DNA of 64,000 nucleotides from a virus (IMGVR_UViG_3300012827_000001:19980-83979); one strand, 5' to 3'. Shown: positions 53,949-62,986, counted from the first letter of the stretch. The notes: generated by a model from the letters alone, not told the origin. Numbers and translations are program-made.

Positions 53949-54237
53949 TCGTGACATCGAGAAGATCCGCAAGCGGCACGACAACATCCCCCAGGACGGG
54001 TTTCCGGAGATCGAGAAGGCGGTAGAGCACATGCGAGTCAGTCTGGTTGTGCGGGGGCAGGGGTCCACGGTGCTGGACGTTCTTGATGATGCCTACGCGA
54101 ACGCGAATCGCCTTGCGCCGGATGTCAAGAGGTGGCGAAACGTCGAGCAGATCTACCCCCTCAACGGAAGGGGTATGCCTGACACACTTCTCCTCGAAGG
54201 CGAGTTTGAGTTCACCTATGACGACGAAACTCACTGA
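53938..54237 (+). CDS. Hypothetical protein
   Basis: 99 aa, coupled. Confidence 0.55.
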   Translation: MAADRDIEKIRKRHDNIPQDGFPEIEKAVEHMRVSLVVRGQGSTVLDVLDDAYANANRLAPDVKRWRNVEQIYPLNGRGMPDTLLLEGEFEFTYDDETH

Positions 54238-54682
54238 CGCTGCGCTCTTTGACGAGCTCTACAAGTTGTTCGGGCTGGGGACGTTCACTGACGAGGGGTC
54301 CCGCGCCTGGGCGAAGTGGCGGACCACGCAGATCGTGCGCATCCGCTCCACCCGGGAGAAGCGCGGGGTGGACGTCTACGACCTGATGGTGACCGCCCGG
54401 TGGTGCAGGAGGCAGGGGATCCACATCAGGGAGCACTGGGAGCTCTACGTGCACATCAAGCCCGCGTTGCGTGAACACCGGGAGCAGAAGACCGAGGAGA
54501 AGGTCCGGGACCTTGACACGGCCATCGCGGAGGCAATGGCCGTCGAGGCTCAGATCCCAGACAGTGTGTGGTTCGACCGGCTCGTGCGGGCCAGCGGGAA
54601 AGCGCGGGGGGAGGTGTATGCGGAATGGGAGATGTCACACCGTTCCCGCGGCGTCGGGACTGCGGCGACTGCAGGGAACTGA
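54218..54682 (+). CDS. Hypothetical protein
   Basis: 154 aa helical. Confidence 0.6.
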   Translation: MTTKLTDAALFDELYKLFGLGTFTDEGSRAWAKWRTTQIVRIRSTREKRGVDVYDLMVTARWCRRQGIHIREHWELYVHIKPALREHREQKTEEKVRDLDTAIAEAMAVEAQIPDSVWFDRLVRASGKARGEVYAEWEMSHRSRGVGTAATAGN

Positions 54683-54715
54683 CAGACGACTGGTGCGAGG
54701 CGTGGGGAGAGTTCT

Positions 54716-55096
54716 GTGGTCCGGAAGTACAAGATCAAGCAGCAACCTGCCCGCACTACAACTACGCCGGCCGCGATCGTCAAGGCAGTGACAGGAGTCA
54801 GGCACCGGCACGGGTGTACGACCTGTTCCAGCACGTACGAGGACATGTGCCCGGCGGCGATGACGAACGCCTTGTGCGCGCGATGCAGAGGCATCCAGCA
54901 GGTTCCCGTCTGGGAGACCGACCTGCAGCCCCGACCGTGCTGCCAACTGAGGGTGACGCCGGCGACGGCTGACGAACGGGTCAAGTACCTCCTGGCTGGT
55001 GACACCGGATGGTGGCTGTGCAGGACGTGCTACCGGCCTCACATCTACAACACGTCCACGACGACAACTACAACCCAGATGAACAAGGAGCGGTGA
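54716..55096 (+). CDS. Putative zinc-finger protein
   Basis: CTTC, CARC, PCC, CRTC; TGATG-coupled to next gene. Confidence 0.6.
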   Translation: MVRKYKIKQQPARTTTTPAAIVKAVTGVRHRHGCTTCSSTYEDMCPAAMTNALCARCRGIQQVPVWETDLQPRPCCQLRVTPATADERVKYLLAGDTGWWLCRTCYRPHIYNTSTTTTTTQMNKER

Positions 55097-55470
55097 TGAA
55101 CGAGAACTACGACGAGGTTGAGATCCCTGACGTGGAGGACGACTTCGATGCTGCGGTGGCGGGCGACGTCGAGGAGGCCCCGGTCAACGTGAGCCGTCTG
55201 CGTGAGCCTGCGATGTTCGAGGGCAAGCCGGTCGACCGCATGGAGGTCAAGATCACCGGCGTCAAGGGCCTCTCCGAGGCCTACGACCAGGTGAAGGTCA
55301 ACATCCACGACCGGGTGCGCCTGGTGGTGGAGACCCGCGTGAAGGGCATCTCCCACTACCTGGACAAGGACAACCAGCTCGTTCGGCTGCAGGAAGTCGT
55401 CGCGACAGCTGTGGATCTCGTTCCCTGGGATCCCCAGAACCCCGACGATGACGGCGTCCTGCGGGCCTGA
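55096..55470 (+). CDS. Hypothetical acidic protein
   Basis: AAGGAG RBS, 124 aa. Confidence 0.7.
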   Translation: MNENYDEVEIPDVEDDFDAAVAGDVEEAPVNVSRLREPAMFEGKPVDRMEVKITGVKGLSEAYDQVKVNIHDRVRLVVETRVKGISHYLDKDNQLVRLQEVVATAVDLVPWDPQNPDDDGVLRA

Positions 55471-55481
55471 GGGGTATCGGC

Positions 55482-56027
55482 GTGAAGGTGCTGGGACTGG
55501 ACCCTTCGCTCACCTCCACCGGCCTCGCGCTGGTGGAGGGGGGCAAGGTTCTGGAGCTGAAGCGAATCAGGTCCAAGAAGAAGGGCCATGAGCGCGTCCA
55601 GGAGATTCTGAGCGAGGTGATCTACTACGCGGCGCAGGCCGACATGGTCGGCATCGAGGGTGTGGCGTACGGGGCAAAGGGCTCGTCGGTCGCGCAGATC
55701 TTCGGGCTCTGGGGTGTGCTGACTCACGCGCTGTGGGGACTGGGACCCCGCGGCGGGGGCGATAACTACTACGTCGTCCCGCCGACTGTGCGCGCCAAGT
55801 ACGGGAGCGGCAAGGGCAACGCTGGCAAGGACGAGGTCCTGGCGGCTGTCATCAGGCGCTACCTCGACGTGGATGTCACCGGGAACGACGTGGCAGACGC
55901 GCTCGTCATCGCGGCGATGGGGGCCCGGCAGTACGACGCCCCGCTGGAGGCCAACCTTCCTGCGGCGAACCTGAAGGCAATGGAGGGAGTGACGTGGCCG
56001 GAGCTGCAGCGCGCGCAGAGCAGATAG
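55482..56027 (+). CDS. ruvC: RuvC-like Holliday junction resolvase
   Basis: VLGLDPSLTSTG, VGIEG, GKGNAGK, NDVADAL. Confidence 0.9.
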   Translation: MKVLGLDPSLTSTGLALVEGGKVLELKRIRSKKKGHERVQEILSEVIYYAAQADMVGIEGVAYGAKGSSVAQIFGLWGVLTHALWGLGPRGGGDNYYVVPPTVRAKYGSGKGNAGKDEVLAAVIRRYLDVDVTGNDVADALVIAAMGARQYDAPLEANLPAANLKAMEGVTWPELQRAQSR

Positions 56028-56314
56028 AGCGCATCTGGAACCACCGCTTCGTCGTCCCGCCGGGGGGGCACCCTATCTGCGAGAACGACCCTGAGCTGTT
56101 CTTCTCGAAGAACCAGTACGACCAGAAGGCAGCAAAGGGCGCGTGCTCGAACTGCCCACTGATGGCGCAGTGCCGACTGGAGGGGCTCATCAACCCGGGC
56201 ACCAAGGGCGTGTGGGGTGGCCTGTCCACGAACGACCGTCAGAGCATGTCAGAGCAGGCCAAGCGCAGCGAGATCCGCAACCTGCAGGACGTGCTAGGGC
56301 TGGCGCGGTTCTAG
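55994..56314 (+). CDS. whiB: WhiB-family transcription factor
   Basis: C...DPELFF...AKGACSNCP...C...GVWGGLS. Confidence 0.9.
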   Translation: MAGAAARAEQIERIWNHRFVVPPGGHPICENDPELFFSKNQYDQKAAKGACSNCPLMAQCRLEGLINPGTKGVWGGLSTNDRQSMSEQAKRSEIRNLQDVLGLARF

Positions 56315-56328
56315 CGCTAGCAGGAATC
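56307..56328. promoter_or_regulatory. 22-bp palindromic operator-like site
   Basis: GGTTCTAGC GCTA GCAGGAATC spanning whiB stop. Confidence 0.6.
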
Positions 56329-56342
56329 GGAAAGGCTTCCCA

Positions 56343-56579
56343 GTGGACGAGCGATCCATCAATGTTGTCTCAGTCGCGGTGACGGACGAGGGACTGGAGT
56401 TCCTGGTTCACGACCCGGCGGACGAGCGGCGCGGCATCAACGTTGCGCACAGCTACTTCGTCGCGTTCGACACCGAGGAGTTCGGCCGGCAGGCCACCGA
56501 CCTGCTGGAGCAGATCAAGGACGTAGCCGAGTCCATCCACTACGGGTGGAGGCGGGCGCCGAAGGCGAAGAGGGAGTAA
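56343..56579 (+). CDS. Hypothetical protein
   Basis: GAAAGG RBS, 78 aa. Confidence 0.6.
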   Translation: MDERSINVVSVAVTDEGLEFLVHDPADERRGINVAHSYFVAFDTEEFGRQATDLLEQIKDVAESIHYGWRRAPKAKRE

Positions 56580-56582
56580 TGG

Positions 56583-57011
56583 ATGAAGACGTACTTGGCT
56601 GGCCCCATGAGGTCTATCGCCGAGTGGAATTTTCCCGCGTTCATCGACACCGGGAAGGTCCTGGTCGACCTGGGCCACGAGGTGTTCAACCCGGCGCAGC
56701 ATGACATCGACAACGGGTTCCCCTGGGAGGGTATGACCGGCACCGAGGACATCTCCGAGCTCGGGTTCTCGCTGCGTCAGATGCTCGCCGCTGACCTGGA
56801 GTGGATTGCCAACGAGGCTGAGGCGATCTGTGTCCTGCCCGGCTGGGCGTCGTCCCGCGGGGCTCGTGCCGAGGTTGCCCTCGCTGCAGCGCTGGGACTG
56901 CAGGTTGGCTACCTGGAGCAGTTCGAGGATGGGCGACTGCAGCCCGCCACGGAGTTCTGGGACCAGTTCTTCACGGACGCGGTCCTCATCGACGAGAGCG
57001 AGGCGCTGTGA
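56583..57011 (+). CDS. Nucleoside 2-deoxyribosyltransferase-like (DUF4406-type) protein
   Basis: YLAGPM...NFPAF...FNPA...LPGWASSRGARAEV. Confidence 0.75.
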   Translation: MKTYLAGPMRSIAEWNFPAFIDTGKVLVDLGHEVFNPAQHDIDNGFPWEGMTGTEDISELGFSLRQMLAADLEWIANEAEAICVLPGWASSRGARAEVALAAALGLQVGYLEQFEDGRLQPATEFWDQFFTDAVLIDESEAL

Positions 57012-57631
57012 GCATTCTCATCGGCATCTCCGGCCGGAAGAGGTCCGGCAAGGACACGATCGCCAACTACCTCGTGGAGCACTACGGCTTCCAGAAGGTG
57101 TCGTTCGCCGACCCCCTGAAGGCTGCGGTGTACGCACTGAACCCGATCGCGGCACTCAGTCCGGTCGACGACACCGCGTTCACCCCCAGGGTCCAGAGCG
57201 TCGTGGACGTTTACGGCTGGGAGTACGTCAAGGACACCTTCCCAGAGGTGCGGACGCTTCTGCAGCGCATGGGCACGGAGGTTGGCCGGGAGATTTTCGG
57301 CGAGGACTTCTGGATCCACCAGGCCATCAAGCAGATCAACGCGCTGGGCAACGCCAACGTCGTGGTTCCGGATGTTCGGTTCCCCAATGAGGCGAATGCC
57401 ATCTGGCATGGTGTCGGCCGGGTGATTCGAGTGGAGCGCCCACGGGTCTCCACCTCCGACGACCTGCACCCTTCGGAGCGAGCGCTGGAGGAGTTCGCTG
57501 CCAGCTTCGGGGAGGCGGAGGGTTTCCCTTACTTCGATCAGGTGCTGGAGAACGTGGGCACCGTTGAGGATCTTCACCGGCTGGTGGACGACTACATGAA
57601 GGAGGCGTTCGACCGTGAGCCGAATCGCTGA
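57008..57631 (+). CDS. Deoxynucleoside monophosphate kinase
   Basis: IGISGRKRSGKDT, SFADPLK, RTLLQRMGTE, VPDVRFPNE, HPSE. Confidence 0.88.
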   Translation: MSILIGISGRKRSGKDTIANYLVEHYGFQKVSFADPLKAAVYALNPIAALSPVDDTAFTPRVQSVVDVYGWEYVKDTFPEVRTLLQRMGTEVGREIFGEDFWIHQAIKQINALGNANVVVPDVRFPNEANAIWHGVGRVIRVERPRVSTSDDLHPSERALEEFAASFGEAEGFPYFDQVLENVGTVEDLHRLVDDYMKEAFDREPNR

Positions 57632-58037
57632 CCAGGTCCGTGAGTTCCACGAGGTGTACGGATGCGACATCGCCGACAGCCCCACGGTGGGCACGGAGTC
57701 ACTCCGGGCCCTGCGCCACGCGCTCATCCAGGAGGAGGTGGACGAGCTGTGGGATGCCCTGGGTGCTCCTCTGCTGTGTGAGGCAGGTGCTGTGCCGAGC
57801 ATCACCGGGATCGCTGACGCCCTGGGCGACATCGCCTATGTCGTCTTCGGCGCGGCGCTGGCGTTCGGTATTGACCTGGACGCTGTGGTGGATGAGATTC
57901 ACAGGTCAAATCTCAGCAAACTTGGCGCCGACGGGCGGCCCATCTACTCCGACGGCACAGACGGCAGGCCCGTCGGCAAGGTCCTCAAGGGCCCCAACTA
58001 CTCGCCCCCCGACCTGAGGAAGGTGGTGCTCGGATGA
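57615..58037 (+). CDS. MazG-like NTP pyrophosphohydrolase
   Basis: LIQEEVDEL...DALGDIAYV...EIHRSNLSK...GKVLKG. Confidence 0.85.
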   Translation: MSRIADQVREFHEVYGCDIADSPTVGTESLRALRHALIQEEVDELWDALGAPLLCEAGAVPSITGIADALGDIAYVVFGAALAFGIDLDAVVDEIHRSNLSKLGADGRPIYSDGTDGRPVGKVLKGPNYSPPDLRKVVLG

Positions 58038-58234
58038 GCCTGCACGCAGACGAAAGAGAGACGACGGTTACTTCCACTGACGCTGACGACGTGGTCCTGA
58101 TTTGGACCGCGCAGCGGCGTCACATCGGCAAGCTCCGCCGGCACCCGTCATTCAAGGAGGTCCGCTCGGGCTTCAGCGACGGGCTGCTGTTGCCGCTCGC
58201 TTCGCGAAGGCGAGGGCAGCCCGATGAGCTTTGA
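58034..58234 (+). CDS. Hypothetical protein
   Basis: ATGA coupling. Confidence 0.5.
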   Translation: MSLHADERETTVTSTDADDVVLIWTAQRRHIGKLRRHPSFKEVRSGFSDGLLLPLASRRRGQPDEL

Positions 58235-58538
58235 CGGCATCCACGAGTCCTTCCACCTTGAGAACTCGAAGGGCTTCTTCTATTGTGCTTGCGGCGAGGT
58301 GTGGAACCCGCGGAGAGATGAGCGGCATCCCATCCCCGAGAGGGTGGAAGTCTACCTGTTCAAGCCGTCTGGCAAGTTCTACACGGACGAAATGTGGCGC
58401 ATCCCTGTGGGTGCGATCGGGCCGCACGACATGAGTGACAGCCCGGACTTCCGTCGCATCGGTGGCGGTGCTGTTCTGGTTCCATCTCAGGAGCCGTGGG
58501 GGTTCCCTCACCTTTTCCCGGGAGAAGCAGATGAATGA
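58224..58538 (+). CDS. Hypothetical protein
   Basis: 104 aa, CACG. Confidence 0.55.
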   Translation: MSFDGIHESFHLENSKGFFYCACGEVWNPRRDERHPIPERVEVYLFKPSGKFYTDEMWRIPVGAIGPHDMSDSPDFRRIGGGAVLVPSQEPWGFPHLFPGEADE

Positions 58539-58887
58539 GGAGGCCGTTGAGCGAGCTGCGCGGCGGCTCGCTCAGATGAACCTTGACGGGCTGCCCGACT
58601 GGGACGCCGACTTGAGCGAGGAGACCCGCTACTACTGGCGGCACGAGGCGTACGAGGCGCTGGCTGCGGCCGGGTGTCTCGACACCACGACCGAGTGGGC
58701 TGTGCAGACGCAGATCCTCTTCGATGGCCCGTGGGACCGGATCTACCCGATGTCCGAGGCGGATGCCCGTGAGCAGATCCGGCGGGCGCACATCAACGCT
58801 GAACGCAGGGGCACCGACCCGTGGGAGCGGCTTGTCTCACGTCAGGTCACGACCACGAAATGGAAGGAGGTGGACGCTGATGGCTGA
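58531..58887 (+). CDS. Hypothetical protein
   Basis: GGAGA RBS; MNEEAVERAARRL. Confidence 0.6.
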   Translation: MNEEAVERAARRLAQMNLDGLPDWDADLSEETRYYWRHEAYEALAAAGCLDTTTEWAVQTQILFDGPWDRIYPMSEADAREQIRRAHINAERRGTDPWERLVSRQVTTTKWKEVDADG

Positions 58888-59122
58888 TAACTGCCCGGTG
58901 ACAGAGACCGAGTGGGCGCTGATCCTGAGTGACTGGAAGCGCAACTCGGCCCTGGTGACGATCCACCTGCGCGGCGGAGGGGTTCTGGGTCCCGGGAAGG
59001 TGAGCCTGCTCCCTGGTCTGGCGTTCGACTCGGCACAGATCGAGGCGTTCGACCCGCATCGCAAGTGGACGTTCGACCTGTCCGAGGTCGCGGCGATCGT
59101 GGCGGAGGCGCGTCATGGCTGA
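58880..59122 (+). CDS. Hypothetical protein
   Basis: AAGGAGG upstream, 80 aa. Confidence 0.55.
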   Translation: MADNCPVTETEWALILSDWKRNSALVTIHLRGGGVLGPGKVSLLPGLAFDSAQIEAFDPHRKWTFDLSEVAAIVAEARHG

Positions 59123-59176
59123 CGACCTGGGCCCCGCCGTCGATGCGCGGGCCGAGAGTAACGAGGGGGAGAGGTC

Positions 59177-59497
59177 ATGAGCCCCTGGCGTGTGGTCAAG
59201 CGCCAGCGCCCCGAGGGTGAGCCCGGTCGTGTCGTGATGCGCGTGTCCTCCGCCGAGGCGTCCACGCAGCGACTCACGGCCGAGTGGGTGGGTGAGGGCG
59301 AGCCTCCCGAGCGCAAGCCAGACGCCGTTCCCTTGTCCCTGCCCCGTCCTGGGAACGGGGACCTGGCCTGCGCCTGGGCGGACTACCGCGCGGACTACGA
59401 CGTGCCGTCCGGCGTGGACATCAAGGTCGCCCACGCCCTGTTCAGGGCGGGCTGGGAGGCCCATCGCGATGGCGATCAGAGAGGAGTGTTGCGATGA
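59177..59497 (+). CDS. Hypothetical protein
   Basis: GAGAGG RBS, 106 aa. Confidence 0.55.
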   Translation: MSPWRVVKRQRPEGEPGRVVMRVSSAEASTQRLTAEWVGEGEPPERKPDAVPLSLPRPGNGDLACAWADYRADYDVPSGVDIKVAHALFRAGWEAHRDGDQRGVLR

Positions 59498-60222
59498 CTG
59501 ACGACCAGGCTGCCGTGGAGCGTGCCGCCCGGGCCTTCACGGAGCACCTGGCGGGGCGCTCATTCAGTGACGAAGAGTGGACGGCAACCCGCTCGCAGGC
59601 CGAAGTGGAGGCCATGACCGCCGCCCTCGCCGCTGCCTGCGCTGGGGAGGTGGAGCGGACGTGCCGGTGCGCGGCAGGTCGCTACTCCCACCCGGGGTGC
59701 GACTGCGAGCCCGCTCAGCGCGGCGACGAGGCGGTGGACGACGGGTTGACGCGTGTAGAGGTCACTACACGCCACCCCGAGCGCTACGTGCTGCACAACT
59801 CTACGACCGGCTCGTGCTGGCGCATCCAGGACGGTCAATGGGTGCGAGGTGACGCCGACGAGATCGCGGTGGACCGTGGCTGGGAGGCGGTGGTCCGGGA
59901 GGAGCTGGTCGCGCGCTTGATGGACACCCTCGCCTACTACCACTGTCGCTCGGTCAACCCGAAGGCCGACGACCCGATCATGGGTTACCACGCCATGAGC
60001 GAGGACCAGCGCGAGTTCCTGCGGGAGCGTCAGCGTGAGGCTGCGGAAGAGGTCGCGCGCATGTGGCTCGCCGCCCGGGGTGACGCCCCGGTGCGGTCCG
60101 TGAGCGCGGACCAGGTGGAGGCCGCGGTGGGGGCGTACACCGGCGCTCCGTTCCCGTCAGCCCGTGCGCGACGGCAGATGATCCGCGCACTCGCCGCCCT
60201 GGGGATCGAGATGACCCCATGA
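59494..60222 (+). CDS. Hypothetical mosaic protein
   Basis: ATGA coupling; AVERAAR N-terminus; ends LAALGIEMTP. Confidence 0.6.
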   Translation: MTDDQAAVERAARAFTEHLAGRSFSDEEWTATRSQAEVEAMTAALAAACAGEVERTCRCAAGRYSHPGCDCEPAQRGDEAVDDGLTRVEVTTRHPERYVLHNSTTGSCWRIQDGQWVRGDADEIAVDRGWEAVVREELVARLMDTLAYYHCRSVNPKADDPIMGYHAMSEDQREFLRERQREAAEEVARMWLAARGDAPVRSVSADQVEAAVGAYTGAPFPSARARRQMIRALAALGIEMTP

Positions 60223-60488
60223 CCGGGCAGAGCGCGGAGGACGAGGCGCAGCGACTGTGGCCCGAGGTGCCCGTGGTGCTCGTCTCGGACATGTCCACCA
60301 ACGTCCGTCGCGCCGAGTGGCGCCGGGTGTTCGTCGCTGGCGCCGAGTGGCAGGTGTCCCAGCCGGTCACCGTGAGCGCGGATCGGGTGCGGGAGGCCGT
60401 ACTCGAAGCCGTCGGCGACGACGACTACGACACGGCGACGTTCGTCGCGGGCGTCCTCGCCGCCCTGGGATTCGAGGTAACCCCGTGA
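60219..60488 (+). CDS. Hypothetical protein
   Basis: ATGA coupling; ends LAALGFEVTP. Confidence 0.6.
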   Translation: MTGQSAEDEAQRLWPEVPVVLVSDMSTNVRRAEWRRVFVAGAEWQVSQPVTVSADRVREAVLEAVGDDDYDTATFVAGVLAALGFEVTP

Positions 60489-60841
60489 GCGCCCGAGAGC
60501 CGACTGTCGTCCATGTCCACCACCACGACATCGAGCACCATGCCGAGTCCTTCAACGAGGGCTTCGAGACGGCCGTGGCGCAGGGCCTGGCTGACGATCC
60601 GACCCTCGCTCAGGAGTGGCTAGCGGAGCGGCTGGCGCAGGAGCGGGCAGCAGCGCTGGGCGAGGCCGCGGACGAGGCGGAGGCGATCGACGCCGACGCA
60701 CAGCACGCTGCGGCCGTCGCCCCCGTGCCTGGCGAGCACGGGCGTCGCGAGGTCGTCGACAGGGCGGTCGACCTGCACGACGAGCCGTGGGCGTGGCTCC
60801 GCGCCCGCGCTGAGGCCGAGCGGACGGGAGGTGGGGCGTGA
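60485..60841 (+). CDS. Hypothetical protein
   Basis: GTGA coupling. Confidence 0.6.
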   Translation: MSAREPTVVHVHHHDIEHHAESFNEGFETAVAQGLADDPTLAQEWLAERLAQERAAALGEAADEAEAIDADAQHAAAVAPVPGEHGRREVVDRAVDLHDEPWAWLRARAEAERTGGGA

Positions 60842-60957
60842 GCGGGCGGACCTACGAGCGCCCATGCGGGCGAGAGTCCCGCCCTGATGTCAGCAGGTTC
60901 CACCAGCCTCACTGGTGGAACCACGGCAAATACTGGTGCCCGGGGGTGCAGCAATGA
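60838..60957 (+). CDS. Small His/Trp/Cys peptide (39 aa)
   Basis: GTGA/ATGA coupling both sides; HQPHWWNHGKYWCPG; absent from track. Confidence 0.5.
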   Translation: MSGRTYERPCGRESRPDVSRFHQPHWWNHGKYWCPGVQQ

Positions 60958-61202
60958 ACGAGGCGACCGCCGCTGCGGTTCTGGTGCAGCACATCCTGAA
61001 CGGGACCGCGAACTGCTGCTCCTGCGGAAAGTGGGGTCGGTGGGGCCAGCCCTACGACGAGCGAATCCAAGGGTTCGCAGATCACCTCGCCGACACGCTT
61101 GGTGCTGCTGGTCTTCTGTCGACCGTCCCGACCCGGGCGGAGGAGTGGCGCTTGCTCATGCAACTGGCGAATCTCATCGAGAGAGAGGGCGAAGAGCCAT
61201 GA
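60954..61202 (+). CDS. Hypothetical protein
   Basis: ATGA coupling; H...CCSCG...HLA. Confidence 0.55.
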   Translation: MNEATAAAVLVQHILNGTANCCSCGKWGRWGQPYDERIQGFADHLADTLGAAGLLSTVPTRAEEWRLLMQLANLIEREGEEP

Positions 61203-61224
61203 CCAAGGCGTACCGGGGGGCGCT

Positions 61225-61464
61225 GTGAAGCTCACCTTCAAGTCCCAGGGCAACCCTGACGGGGGCCGGCCGTCGGACTTCGAACTGGCCTCCACGATCA
61301 GGAACCACTTCGTCAGCAAGAACGCCCCGTTCGTGAAGTCGTGGGACATCAAGGGCGGCCAGGTGGCTGTTGCGATTCCTGCTGGCGCAGATATCACGGA
61401 TGTGGCTGATGCGGCGGAGTTGTACCTGATTCCGCATAGGATCCCGTACATCGTGGAACTCTGA
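61225..61464 (+). CDS. Hypothetical protein
   Basis: GTG start after GGGGGG. Confidence 0.55.
   Translation: MKLTFKSQGNPDGGRPSDFELASTIRNHFVSKNAPFVKSWDIKGGQVAVAIPAGADITDVADAAELYLIPHRIPYIVEL
61374..61395. promoter_or_regulatory. 22-bp palindromic site (intragenic)
   Basis: GATTCCTGC TGGC GCAGATATC. Confidence 0.65.
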
Positions 61465-61613
61465 TGGGGAAGCGCACAAGGTGGCGGGACAAGTTGCTCC
61501 TGGCCTTCTACCAGCAGCCGGTGCGGGTGGACCGCCCGAAGACACAGCCGAATCGTCTCCAGCGCAGGGAGGCGAACCAGGAGACCCGAGGGTGGAGGAG
61601 GACGTGGCGATGA
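61464..61613 (+). CDS. Small basic peptide (49 aa)
   Basis: TGATG and ATGA coupling; absent from track. Confidence 0.45.
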   Translation: MGKRTRWRDKLLLAFYQQPVRVDRPKTQPNRLQRREANQETRGWRRTWR

Positions 61614-62134
61614 GGTACATCGCGGGCCGTGTGCCGCTCGGCGTCGAGGAGCCCCTTGGTGGGCAGCTCCGTCGCGGCTTCAAGGACTTCGGCCGTGGCC
61701 GCGATGCTGAGATCGAGTATGACGGCACTGATGAAATCGAGGACGTGTCTTTGCCTGATGCGAACATCTACACGTCGCAGATCCGGTGGGACAGCAAGGA
61801 CCGGCACATGATTGCTTTGGATGTTGATGTCCCGGTGCAGGTGTTTCCTTCCCGCAAGCCTGGCCACTACCACCTCTACATCGAGAAGCCAGTGTCTTCG
61901 ACTTCCATGCTTCGCCTGGTTGGTCTCCTGGCGGAGATGGGCGTCGTCGAGGAGGGTTACGCGAACGCTTCCATTGATCGTGGGTTCACGGCTCTGCGGG
62001 CACCGTGGATGCCGAAGCGTCAGGTGATCCGCAAGCCGCGGAAGATCCGTGAGCGTGAGGCGGCGGCGAGGGCCGCGGAAGAGGCGGAGATGGATGCTAT
62101 GACTGACTTTGTGTTGGAGCTGGATCGTGTCTGA
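61610..62134 (+). CDS. Hypothetical protein
   Basis: GGAGGAGG RBS; HMIALDVD...SRKPGHYHLYI (HxH motif). Confidence 0.6.
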   Translation: MRYIAGRVPLGVEEPLGGQLRRGFKDFGRGRDAEIEYDGTDEIEDVSLPDANIYTSQIRWDSKDRHMIALDVDVPVQVFPSRKPGHYHLYIEKPVSSTSMLRLVGLLAEMGVVEEGYANASIDRGFTALRAPWMPKRQVIRKPRKIREREAAARAAEEAEMDAMTDFVLELDRV

Positions 62135-62444
62135 CGACTATGACATTACGTCCCTGAGCCTCGCCGGGGAGACTTACGGGATTCAGATGGGCTACGGAGT
62201 GCTGTGCACGCACGGCATTGCCCAGTGTCGTGGCGAATTTTGTTGCATCCACAATCCCAGCGATCACCCTTTGAAGGGCGCCCCTATGAACTGGCGTGGT
62301 GACCGGGGTTTGATGGAGCGGGTTTGTGAGCACGGGGTTGGACATCCTGACCCTGATGATTTGGCTTATAAGGTACGGACGATGAGTGCTGACGAGTTCC
62401 GGCGCGGTGCGTGGGCCATCCACGGCTGCTGTGGCTGTTGCTGA
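62127..62444 (+). CDS. Cys/His-rich hypothetical protein
   Basis: CTH...C..CCIH...CEHGVGHPDPD...HGCCGCC. Confidence 0.65.
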   Translation: MSDDYDITSLSLAGETYGIQMGYGVLCTHGIAQCRGEFCCIHNPSDHPLKGAPMNWRGDRGLMERVCEHGVGHPDPDDLAYKVRTMSADEFRRGAWAIHGCCGCC

Positions 62445-62453
62445 GGAGGGGCG

Positions 62454-62696
62454 ATGAACATCTACCAGATCTGGATCCACGAGGTTGACTTCTTCTGGCT
62501 CAGGGCCGCATGGGATGCAGAGAGCGCTGCTGCCAACCCTGATGTGTGGAGAGCGGCCGTGGAGGATGTTGTTGCCGAGTACGGGGCCGCGAGCGTCCGT
62601 GTGGTGAAGGCGACCATTGACTTCGAGGCCGTGAAGCGCACGTTTGACGTTCCGTCGGTGGGCGCTCTCACCGACGTTAAGGTGGTGGGGTCGTGA
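62454..62696 (+). CDS. Hypothetical protein
   Basis: GAGGAGG RBS. Confidence 0.65.
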   Translation: MNIYQIWIHEVDFFWLRAAWDAESAAANPDVWRAAVEDVVAEYGAASVRVVKATIDFEAVKRTFDVPSVGALTDVKVVGS

Positions 62697-62986
62697 GTGA
62701 GTCCTTGTGGGACAAGATCCATGCGGCCTTGCTGGAGAACTTGCGGGACGCGACTGGTGATTGCACGTGCGACGTGGCCTACATCGGTCGGGGCATGGAG
62801 GATCCGTACTGCGGGTGGCATCTCGGCCTGCCGACGACGGATAAGTTCAGTGTGCAGCGGGTCATGGACCTCGTCGAGGCGGAGGTGGTGCCGCTGCTAC
62901 GTGATCGGACTGTTCTCCGCGAGGCTTACATGGACAACGGGAGGGCGCGTGAGGCGCTTCGCGCTCGTTTGAAGGAGGAATCGTGA
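62693..62986 (+). CDS. Hypothetical protein
   Basis: GTGA coupling; CTCD...YCGWH. Confidence 0.6.
   Translation: MSESLWDKIHAALLENLRDATGDCTCDVAYIGRGMEDPYCGWHLGLPTTDKFSVQRVMDLVEAEVVPLLRDRTVLREAYMDNGRAREALRARLKEES

Noticed and set aside
54568-55042. Alternative overlapping ORFs 54568-54972 and 54635-55042
   Set aside because: 54716-55096 has four Cys pairs and TGATG coupling to the next gene, so it is preferred; the others are likely frame shadows.
56583-58037. Hypermodified-base (e.g. 2-aminoadenine or 7-deazaguanine) pathway
   Set aside because: No PurZ, Que/Dpd or thymidylate-modifying genes, and no DNA polymerase recognisable in the window.
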